DNA from: an uncultured Candidatus Saccharibacteria bacterium
Lineage (GTDB): Bacteria > Patescibacteriota > Minisyncoccia > Phycocordibacterales > Zambryskibacteraceae
DNA length: 61,102 bases
Assembly (NCBI GenBank): GCA_964582295.1
Contig: CAZOQP010000002.1
Location: 148,268 to 209,369 of the forward strand
Direction: 5' to 3'
Part shown: positions 9,369-16,580 of the stretch, piece by piece
Layout: every line of letters starts with the position of its first letter
Numbering within the stretch: the stretch's first letter is position 1
Made by a program: the position numbers and the translations under genes
The notes under the pieces: generated by a model
The model's database searches: none
Told to the model about the DNA's origin: nothing
What the model saw: the letters and a program-made list of their open reading frames with translations, nothing else

Positions 9369-9923
9369 TTATTCAATTTCAAAACTTAAGCTGACCTGCG
9401 GCCATCTTTCCTGCCATCTTTTTTTCTTTACGCGCTCTTTTATCATGGGCAATTTATTCAAAAAGGCGGGTGTAGGCCTCACCACAAAATTCACCAGATC
9501 ATCAATACCATATGGAGCAAAAAGCTTTAACTCACTACCTTTCATACTTACACCTATTGCTGTTACGGTTTCAGGCCACTTTGATATTGCATCCTCGGTA
9601 GAAAGGTAGGGCGACAAATCGTTCCATTTATGAGCGTAATATTCATTTACTATCTCCCAACTTTTATTGGTTTCCGTCTGTAATTTTTTTGATAACTCCT
9701 CATCTTCACTTTCATCATTCCCTTGTGGGTCAAAATACACCAGGTCAATATCACTGGTATCAACTTCGGCTTTTAAGTTTCCTGATAGATAATCCCAAAC
9801 TTTATTTCTTACAAACCCCGCACCAATTATCCAATCTTTCAAATTTTGTTTTTCCGCTATACGCAAAATATCCATCATCCATTTATCGCTTTTTATGATC
9901 TCCAAAATCCCCGCTTCGTTCAT
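9369..9923 (-). CDS. Nucleotidyltransferase family protein (DUF925-like)
   Basis: IGAGFVRNKVWD, DIDLVYFD, WPETVTAIGV, APYGIDDL; start moved to ATG 9923. Confidence 0.85.
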   Translation of the reverse strand: MNEAGILEIIKSDKWMMDILRIAEKQNLKDWIIGAGFVRNKVWDYLSGNLKAEVDTSDIDLVYFDPQGNDESEDEELSKKLQTETNKSWEIVNEYYAHKWNDLSPYLSTEDAISKWPETVTAIGVSMKGSELKLFAPYGIDDLVNFVVRPTPAFLNKLPMIKERVKKKRWQERWPQVSLSFEIE

Positions 9924-9982
9924 ATAAACGTATTTTACACCTTCTTCACAACACACCTCGAGCGTCGCACGGGTTGATTACT

Positions 9983-10627
9983 TTATCTTATACCCGTGTC
10001 GCAGGAAACGGTGGTTATTGTGTAGGAGTTGGTTTTTACTTCGATAACTTCACTTTTAGCGCAAGAAGGCATGGAAGGGCCGCCGGGTGCAGAACGTATG
10101 AGGTAAAAGCCAGGAGCAATGGAGACGCTGAATACTCCTTGAGAGTCCGAATTGAAGTACTTCAAAATTTTTGTTCCGTCTGTAGAGGTGAGGACGAGAT
10201 CGGTTTTAAAGGGTCTGTCAGCACACTCCGGGTCTGGCGGATTTTGCATCACGGGACAGGTAGGACCCAGCATGACTGTACCTCTCACACCGCTCTCGGA
10301 GGTATATGGAGGACAAACGAACTCACACTTCGACCCAGTCCGACCGACATAGGAGCCGTCAGGGCACTGCATTGCATCCATAGTGCATGCGACCGGCGGG
10401 ATAATTGGGGGTGTAATCGGATCAGGAATCTCTCTCACAAAGGTTCGACCATCTGGGGTCCGGCACTGCTCCGGATAAGACTCCATAATTGGATATCCAG
10501 TCGCCGCACACTCCTCAAATGTTGAGATGTCAGCTGCTCTATCCTGTTTTTTCTCTATACTTATAAAATATCCCCCAACTAGAACGGCAACTAACACAAT
10601 AATTCCTATAATAATTTTGTTTGACAC
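9983..10627 (-). CDS. Surface-anchored multi-module Cys-rich protein
   Basis: TM + FEECAATGYPIMESYPEQC + CTMDAMQCPDG module + GPTCP...C-terminal beta domain. Confidence 0.8.
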   Translation of the reverse strand: MSNKIIIGIIVLVAVLVGGYFISIEKKQDRAADISTFEECAATGYPIMESYPEQCRTPDGRTFVREIPDPITPPIIPPVACTMDAMQCPDGSYVGRTGSKCEFVCPPYTSESGVRGTVMLGPTCPVMQNPPDPECADRPFKTDLVLTSTDGTKILKYFNSDSQGVFSVSIAPGFYLIRSAPGGPSMPSCAKSEVIEVKTNSYTITTVSCDTGIR

Positions 10628-10645
10628 GAGCGAATTATATCATTG

Positions 10646-10716
10646 CTGCGGGACTTGGAATCGAACCAAAATTTTCTGCTTCAAAGGCAGACGTCCGACC
10701 ATTAGACGATCCCGCA
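10646..10716 (-). tRNA. tRNA-Gln(TTG)
   Basis: Acceptor TGCGGGA/TCCCGCA, anticodon arm TCTGC-CTTTGAA-GCAGA, GGTTCGATTCC. Confidence 0.95.
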
Positions 10717-10735
10717 ATACGATACAGTTGCTAGC

Positions 10736-11776
10736 TTATAGGTTTTGGCTGCCCGCTTCAAGAATCTTCATCAGTGCAAGCTCCAGAGGGAGCTCCGGAA
10801 TGACGAAACGGCCAGTTGAGGAATATGCGGAAAGGATCTCCAGAAGCGCGGCCGCGTTTATTTTTGAGGTTTTGTCTTTAGCTACTTTTTCAAGCACTTC
10901 TATATCTTCTGGTGAAAATCGGCTAGCGAGAGATTTTTTTGAGACCGGATCAAAGCGGAGCAGGAGCACAGCACGGATTTTGTATATAAGAAGCTTTAGG
11001 AATATTTTTACATCTGTGCCAGCTTCGGCTGATTCACGCACAGCATCCAAAGCTCTCGCAGAATCCCCTGCTGATATCGCCATAAGTGCTTCGTTAACTG
11101 TTTTATGCTTCGGTGCGCCTGTAACTTTCTCCACATCCTCGGCAGAAATTTCTTTGCCGGAAGAGACAGTTACAACTTTCTGCAAAATACCGTACGCATC
11201 CCGGAAAGAACCATCGCCCAAGAGCGCCATTAGCTCGGCGGCATCACTTGAAACTTTCAACCCTTCCTTTTTGGCCGCATCTTCAACTACTTTTTTAAGT
11301 ATGGCCTCTGATGGCTTTTTGAAAGAAAACGTCTGACAACGCGAGACGACAGTTTCCGGAACTTTTTCAAGCTCTGTCGTCGCCATTATGAAAATAACGT
11401 GCCTCGGTGGCTCTTCAAGTGTTTTCAAAAGAGCATTCCAGGCAGAAGCGGAAAGCATGTGTACTTCGTCTAAAATATATACCTTGTGTTTTGACTGAAA
11501 AGGCAAAGTGCTCACCCCATCTATAAGATCGCGCATGCTCTCCACTTTAGACTGCGAAGCGGCATCCATTTCGTAAATATCATTTTCGTGCGTACCTATT
11601 TCGTTCGCCAGAATACGAGCGATTGATGTTTTGCCTGTACCGCGCGAGCCGGTGAAAAGATAAGCGTGGGAAATACTTCCTTTCTCAATTGAGGCCTCAA
11701 GCACTGAAACTATCGTGTCTTGCCCGACCACCTCTTTGAATTTCTTGGGGCGATATTTTCTGTAGAGCGTTTCCAT
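10736..11776 (-). CDS. dnaX: DNA polymerase III gamma/tau (short form)
   Basis: LYRKYRP, GSRGTGKTS, ILDEVHML, NALLKTLEEPP; start moved to ATG 11776. Confidence 0.95.
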   Translation of the reverse strand: METLYRKYRPKKFKEVVGQDTIVSVLEASIEKGSISHAYLFTGSRGTGKTSIARILANEIGTHENDIYEMDAASQSKVESMRDLIDGVSTLPFQSKHKVYILDEVHMLSASAWNALLKTLEEPPRHVIFIMATTELEKVPETVVSRCQTFSFKKPSEAILKKVVEDAAKKEGLKVSSDAAELMALLGDGSFRDAYGILQKVVTVSSGKEISAEDVEKVTGAPKHKTVNEALMAISAGDSARALDAVRESAEAGTDVKIFLKLLIYKIRAVLLLRFDPVSKKSLASRFSPEDIEVLEKVAKDKTSKINAAALLEILSAYSSTGRFVIPELPLELALMKILEAGSQNL

Positions 11777-11794
11777 TGGAGTGATTATAACAAA

Positions 11795-11827
11795 AAGGGC
11801 GTACGACATAACATGTCGTACGCCCTT
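11795..11827. terminator. Hairpin between the lipoprotein gene and dnaX
   Basis: AAGGGCGTACGACAT-AAC-ATGTCGTACGCCCTT. Confidence 0.7.
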
Positions 11828-11860
11828 CACTCTTCGCTCCGCTCAACTACCCGCTCCGCT

Positions 11861-11879
11861 CCGTAGGACTGTCCTACGG
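11861..11879. repeat. Palindrome CGTAGGACWGTCCTACG, copy 1
   Basis: CCGTAGGAC-T-GTCCTACGG; second copy at 15695-15715. Confidence 0.7.
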
Positions 11880-12590
11880 TATCACATCCACCACACACTT
11901 GATTGACGGCACCCCGGTTACGTTCCTCAAGGAAACCGTTACTGTAACGGGACCCACAGAGCCCGTTGGGGCAATACCACGAAGCATTCCTGTCTCCGTA
12001 TTCAGAACCGCCACTCGAGTCCCGTCAGAGGAAGCCCAAATGAAAGACGGACTGAACGTCGGAAAACCGGCGTTCACAACCACTCGTGTTGAGCCGCACG
12101 CCCCAGCTTCCTGCCCCACCCTGATGGTGGTGCGCACGGAATCCGTGCCGTTGGTCCATGTGAAGGATTGGACGGGTGCGCTCGCAACCGGCTGTTGTAC
12201 CACCACTGTAATAGATGGGTTGGTACACACGGACGGCTGCTGACGGACACATGCCCTGATGTGGGCAGTTCCGACCGCATGGCCGTAAAGGACACCATCC
12301 ATAACAGATACGATGCCTGAAGCATCAGAGCTCCAATCCACCGGGAAATTGCATCCAGCGGGCGGTGTGCGTGTGGGCACTACCGTTACAGCTACAGCCA
12401 GACCACGGCTACCGCCGACATTCATTGGTATCGGGTTGATGGACGGCTGGACGGAGGAAAATCTCACGTCCGCACACGAAGCAGTGTTTCCGCTCGGTCC
12501 AACACCGCCGTCATCATAGTGGTTGTTGTACTCGCACCCCGTAATAAGGAACGAGAGAAACAGGAAAAACCTGCGGATCCGCTTTCGCAT
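11874..12590 (-). CDS. Lipoprotein with two Ig-like (Big_2-type) domains
   Basis: Lipobox LITG-C; two W-x-SSD...V...G-x-L-x-G/A repeats; SD GGAGGGG. Confidence 0.75.
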   Translation of the reverse strand: MRKRIRRFFLFLSFLITGCEYNNHYDDGGVGPSGNTASCADVRFSSVQPSINPIPMNVGGSRGLAVAVTVVPTRTPPAGCNFPVDWSSDASGIVSVMDGVLYGHAVGTAHIRACVRQQPSVCTNPSITVVVQQPVASAPVQSFTWTNGTDSVRTTIRVGQEAGACGSTRVVVNAGFPTFSPSFIWASSDGTRVAVLNTETGMLRGIAPTGSVGPVTVTVSLRNVTGVPSIKCVVDVIP

Positions 12591-12717
12591 CTTCCCCTCC
12601 GGGAAAGAATATGGGTGTTTTTAGGTGCATAGGAACAGAGAACTCTGCTCCTTATTTACCACATCAAGAAATGCATGTCAATGAGCCGCACCAAGCTCTT
12701 CCATAAACCAAGACGAG

Positions 12718-12777
12718 AAAAAGGCAGTACCCTTTCAGGATTGTGGAGTCCTGAACGAAAGGATACTGCCTTTTTTT
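12718..12777. terminator. Long imperfect hairpin with A/T tails
   Basis: AAAAGGCAGTACCCTTTC..AGGA/TCCT..GAAAGGATACTGCCTTTT. Confidence 0.65.
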
Positions 12778-13053
12778 GCACACCGGATGGCAGTGCCGCT
12801 GCGCCGAACGGGAGACTTATCAGCTCCGGGAGATGTATTGATGCGGGAGTGTTTTCCTCACTCACAGAGGACTCAACCAGCCCACCTTCCATCTTCGCCG
12901 AGCCGGAACATGACCACCTGCCAGCAACCACGCTCTACTGCACACACCTCATGCAGCCCACGAAACAACCTTCATAGGTTTTCTCCGTGTACGAGGGTTC
13001 TACCATCAATGCTACTCCCATTTAGTGAGCAGTCAACCCTGTAAAAAAAGAGC

Positions 13054-13095
13054 GTCCCCTATTCTAATGTTCTTAAGAACATTAGAATAGGGGAC
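13054..13095. repeat. Loopless palindrome, family B copy 1
   Basis: GTCCCCTATTCTAATGTTCTTAAGAACATTAGAATAGGGGAC, perfect 42 bp. Confidence 0.85.
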
Positions 13096-13109
13096 CAGAA
13101 AAAATTATG

Positions 13110-13305
13110 CAAAACAAAAGCGCGCCGCACTAAGAGGATTCCGGGCCTCCGTAATGCGAACGCGCTCCATCCCTCTCTGACACTTCGACAGAGCGGATGA
13201 TCTTGCGGGGGTGTCCGCGGTGCTAAGCTACAAATTGTCTAACTGTCAGAACCCCTGCCACGAGGCCGAGCACTACCTAACACCGCGGACACCCTTTTCG
13301 TTTCT
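13110..13305 (-). ncRNA. Putative stand-alone structured RNA (~195 nt)
   Basis: Consensus promoter upstream; long stem GGGTGTCCGCGGTGTTAGG/CTTAGCACCGCGGACACCC; two more hairpins, the last followed by TTTTGTTTT; no ORF. Confidence 0.55.
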
Positions 13306-13311
13306 TGTATA

Positions 13312-13340
13312 AGCTTAGCACAAAGCAGTATTTATGTCAA
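13312..13340 (-). promoter_or_regulatory. Sigma70 promoter
   Basis: TTGACA-N17-TAAGCT with extended TG. Confidence 0.75.
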
Positions 13341-13384
13341 TCCCCTACTAGATTCTGTCGTAGGTATCAATATTTATAAAAATG

Positions 13385-13740
13385 GAAAGGGACCAGCGAA
13401 TGCTGGCCCCTTTTGATGTCTTCGCACGTTTTTTTGCTTCTGTTTGGACTTACTAGGGATCCTTCAACTGCCCGTACCAACAGCGGTAGCGGCGCATGTT
13501 GTTTGGTCCTCCAAACGGTTGGCGGGGAAGGGGCGCGCTCCCGTGCTAGGAGCGGAGAAGGCGCATCTAGCTCACCGCATGCCGCGGCATGCTAGATGGC
13601 ACCACCAGCGGCGCAGAATCCACCATTGCTCGTGTCCGGCGAATTCATGTGAAGGTCGATTCTCATGATTGATCACCCCCGATGAAGGTTCATGGAGCCC
13701 CAATGACTCCGAAGTCCCCGTCTCTTGCGAGTGGGACAGC
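13385..13740 (-). ncRNA. Possible structured RNA (~355 nt) downstream of dusB
   Basis: TGa-TATATT at the dusB stop, CTC-GCAA-GAG and other hairpins, terminator at 13386-13414; only short ORFs. Confidence 0.3.
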
Positions 13741-13752
13741 ATATTTAATATA

Positions 13753-14706
13753 TCAGCCCTTTATGAATGTTTCAACGAGGTTTTCCACTTCCTGTGCATT
13801 AGAGGTTTCCATAAGTTTTAGCCGCAATTCGTGCGCACCCTCAAATCCGTTTACGTACGCCTTGTAATGCTTCTTCATTATTGAAAAGTTTTTTATACCA
13901 CCAAGCAATTCTTCAAAAAGTTTCGTGTGCTCCACCATCACCTTAAGCTTCTCCTCAACGGTCGGGATGTGTTCCGAAAAAAGCCAAGGGTTTCCGAAAA
14001 TAGCGCGGCCGAGCATCACGCCATCGCCGCCTGTTTCTTCGTGTTTCCTCCTCGCGTCGTCAACATCTACGACATCTCCATTTCCGATTATGAGCGTTTC
14101 AGGAGCAAGCTCATCTCGTATTTTTACGGCGCGAGCAACCGTGTCCCAACGCGCTGGAACTTTGGACATTTCTTTCCTGGTACGCGCATGAATAGTGACA
14201 GCTGCCACATCTTCCTTCAAAATTTCAGGGAGCCACGTCTCAAGCTCATCCTGGTTGTATCCTATGCGGGTTTTCACGGAAACGGGCTTCCCTTGCATCC
14301 CTTCTTTTGCGGCTCGTATCACTTCACGGGCAAGAGCAGGATTTTTAATAAGAGCCGCACCCGCTCCCTGCTTTTCCACACCCCTGTCCGGGCAGCCCAT
14401 GTTTATATCAAGCCCGTCAAAACCTAATTCGTGCACGAGCTTGGCGGCTTCAAGCATGTATTCAGGGCGCGAAGAAAAAAGCTGGGCCACGATAGGCCGC
14501 TCGGCTTCTGTGTATTCCAAATCTTTCAGAAGTTTTCTTTTACCATCCTCCCCAGCACGCACCAGGCCATCAGCAGAAACAAATTCCGTCCACATCACAT
14601 CGGGCTTTCCATATTTAGCAATGACACGGCGAAAGGCCGTGTCGGTAACATCCGCCATCGGAGCAAGTACGAAAAAGGGTTTCTTTAATTCCTGCCAAAA
14701 AGACAT
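13753..14706 (-). CDS. dus: tRNA-dihydrouridine synthase (DusB-like)
   Basis: LAPMADVTD, DINMGCP, VSVKTRIG, IHART, GNGDV, GVMLGRAIFGNPWLF; start ATG 14706. Confidence 0.93.
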   Translation of the reverse strand: MSFWQELKKPFFVLAPMADVTDTAFRRVIAKYGKPDVMWTEFVSADGLVRAGEDGKRKLLKDLEYTEAERPIVAQLFSSRPEYMLEAAKLVHELGFDGLDINMGCPDRGVEKQGAGAALIKNPALAREVIRAAKEGMQGKPVSVKTRIGYNQDELETWLPEILKEDVAAVTIHARTRKEMSKVPARWDTVARAVKIRDELAPETLIIGNGDVVDVDDARRKHEETGGDGVMLGRAIFGNPWLFSEHIPTVEEKLKVMVEHTKLFEELLGGIKNFSIMKKHYKAYVNGFEGAHELRLKLMETSNAQEVENLVETFIKG

Positions 14707-14726
14707 AAGTGACCAATATAACAAAA

Positions 14727-14751
14727 CTCCGCACCAATTTCTGGTGCGGAG
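14727..14751 (-). terminator. Hairpin upstream of the dus promoter
   Basis: CTCCGCACCA-ATTTC-TGGTGCGGAG, T-run on the minus side. Confidence 0.7.
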
Positions 14752-14805
14752 GGAAGATCGCCGGATCGTAGCATGCGAGTACGACCCGAAATAAATTTGA
14801 ATGAT

Positions 14806-14938
14806 TAGGGGTCATTCAAATCTATAGTTTGTTCAGCCATTGGAGAGCTAAATTAGCTCACGGAACCTGGATGTTCCACCCTTGCGGACGTACACCCAAG
14901 AGTAGACCGCTCGCATACCTGAAGCAAACTCAATCTGA
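14806..14938 (-). ncRNA. Candidate 6S-like RNA (short)
   Basis: TATAAT at 14943-14948; rod with closing stem AGTTTG-C-TTCAG/CTGAA-CAAACT, central bubble with GAGCTA/TAGCTC hairpin, terminal GCAA loop. Confidence 0.35.
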
Positions 14939-14977
14939 CAGTATTATAACTAGCGTAAATTAAAAAAACTAGCAAAG

Positions 14978-15017
14978 AAAAACGGCACCGTACCTTGGGA
15001 GGTAGTGTGCCGTTTTT
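14978..15017. terminator. Bidirectional terminator
   Basis: AAAAACGGCAC...GTGCCGTTTTT. Confidence 0.75.
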
Positions 15018-15603
15018 GTGGTCGTTCTGGTTTCTTCTGGTCTTCGCTCGTGATGAGGAAGGTCCATTGGATTCCAGAGGACCTGAAAATCAAGTTGCGT
15101 GTTTCCTTCCGAATGGAAACACATTGACGATTCCACAGCTTTCGGTGGAATGGGCCTTCTGTAGTGGTGCGAGGGCGAACTTTTTAGGGTCCTCCATCAC
15201 AAACCGCAGCTGGCTTTTATCTGAAAAGAGTTGCCCCTTTTCACGTCTCTAAGTATCCCTGATGCCGGATTCCTATATCGCGGAAGCGATTTTTGAGCTC
15301 GTCCGAAGACTTACTCTCAATCTGTCGTAGCGATTAGCATTTCCTTTCGGTCATGCTATTCACTAAGTCTGCCGCACTAGGAAAAATTTACCTTATCGGC
15401 TTCATTAGCATGCTTGCGCATTCTAATGAAAAAAGCATCGCCTTTAAGGTACGCTGGAGCCGAAGCCCCTGCGACGGTATCTTAGAAAAGACTTGCGTCT
15501 CTTCTTCGCTCTTTTCGTGAGGGTTGCCTCCATTGCTGGAGACCGCCTTCGCTACTAGGTGCGATCGGTGAGATACTTACAACTTTGAACGTACTGGGTC
15601 TGG
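14980..15603 (-). ncRNA. Large highly structured RNA of unknown family (core 15250-15579)
   Basis: Own promoter and terminator; closing stem TAAGTATCTC/GGGATACTTA; 4 GNRA and 2 cUUCGg loops on the minus strand only; no convincing ORF. Confidence 0.6.
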
Positions 15604-15609
15604 TGTGAG

Positions 15610-15638
15610 AGCTTACACATGTCGTTATCCACAGTCAA
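15610..15638 (-). promoter_or_regulatory. Sigma70 promoter with a DnaA box in the spacer
   Basis: TTGACT-N17-TAAGCT; TTATCCACA at 15625-15633. Confidence 0.7.
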
Positions 15639-15694
15639 GCGTTTAAAACTTTATAAAACAAATTGGACAATTCTGTCAAAACTATTGCAAAATC

Positions 15695-15752
15695 TACGTA
15701 GGACAGTCCTACGTACAAAGGTTTATCCTTTGGCAAAGGATAAACCTTTGTA
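15695..15752. repeat. Two abutting palindromes downstream of ftsQ
   Basis: TACGTAGGAC-A-GTCCTACGTA (15695-15715) and TACAAAGGTTTATCCTTTG-G-CAAAGGATAAACCTTTGTA (15714-15752). Confidence 0.8.
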
Positions 15753-15755
15753 ATG

Positions 15756-16565
15756 TTATTTATAGAAAATTTTGTTGCCGAATCGTAGATCTATATAAGA
15801 AACAGAAACTCCCCCCTTGCCATCCGCTAGGCGGTTTTTAGGGCTTGTTAAAAGCGAGGTCAGATTATTCACCGTCAAGCTGTCCTCTTGCCGCAAAGAG
15901 ACAAAGATATCGCCGTGAGAAAGAGTGAAAGTTACAAAACCGTTCTCACCAAAAGAAATTTCCCTCACTGTAAGGCCGAGAGTGGAAAAGCTTTGTACAA
16001 GGCGGCCCACGCGTGAGAATACTTCTTCGTCTGCCACTCGGCTTCCGATAGGTTCTCCATCAAGCACTGTACGGAAAGATACATATATAGGAGAGGAGAA
16101 AACGGGGGCCTTGTCGTAAATGAAACCGCTTTTATCGGTGAAATAACACACCTCCTTTGGAGCGCCGTCGCACCAAATAGAAAACGGTTCTCTTTCCGTT
16201 ACATTAACTTTAAGAGTATTCGGCCACGAAAAAGCTAGGTCCACATTTCCGGCGACCGGAAATGCACTCATGAGTGTTCGGGAAAGATTTCTTTTACCGT
16301 AAGTGAGAAGCGTCGCACGGGGAAATACCATAAATATTTTTCCACTGACGATCTCCACTATTTTTTCAGACACCACGGTACTTCCTATGGTTTGAGCACC
16401 TGTTACTTCCACTGTCCGGATAGCGAGCCATGGCAGGCGCACTACGGCAATAGGAAGAATTATCAAAATGATAAGCGTAAGCGCTGTGAGCGAGAATGCT
16501 CTTGTCCTTTTTTTCCTTTTTCGGTCAAGGATTTTCTGGGAACGAAGGATTGACTCTCCTTTCAT
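15756..16565 (-). CDS. ftsQ: Cell division protein FtsQ/DivIB-like
   Basis: Basic N-terminus, single TM, POTRA-like IRTVEVTG, V-x-EREP, C-terminal YIDLRFGNKIFYK. Confidence 0.75.
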   Translation of the reverse strand: MKGESILRSQKILDRKRKKRTRAFSLTALTLIILIILPIAVVRLPWLAIRTVEVTGAQTIGSTVVSEKIVEIVSGKIFMVFPRATLLTYGKRNLSRTLMSAFPVAGNVDLAFSWPNTLKVNVTEREPFSIWCDGAPKEVCYFTDKSGFIYDKAPVFSSPIYVSFRTVLDGEPIGSRVADEEVFSRVGRLVQSFSTLGLTVREISFGENGFVTFTLSHGDIFVSLRQEDSLTVNNLTSLLTSPKNRLADGKGGVSVSYIDLRFGNKIFYK

Positions 16566-16580
16566 GTAAATAAGAGCTGG

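Noticed and set aside
12656-13044. ORF-track predictions of 85-100 aa in this gap
   Set aside because: They cross a terminator hairpin, lack start signals and show no protein-like pattern.
13110-13305. SRP (4.5S) RNA
   Set aside because: AGGCCCGGAA resembles the start of helix 8, but the required GGA-AGCAG return strand is absent.
14995-15252. 85-aa plus-strand ORF
   Set aside because: It starts inside a terminator and lies antisense to a promoter-driven structured RNA.
15250-15579. Large RNA as group I intron, RNase P, tmRNA or raiA motif
   Set aside because: AGACTT/AAGTCT resembles P7 but lacks the canonical bulged G-site geometry, P3/P4/P6 order and a host gene. There is no GAGGAAAGTCC (RNase P) and no tRNA-like end (tmRNA). 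Only short word matches to raiA were seen. A covariance search is still needed.
15600-15760. Replication origin
   Set aside because: Only one perfect DnaA box, with no box cluster, obvious unwinding repeats or adjacent dnaA/dnaN.
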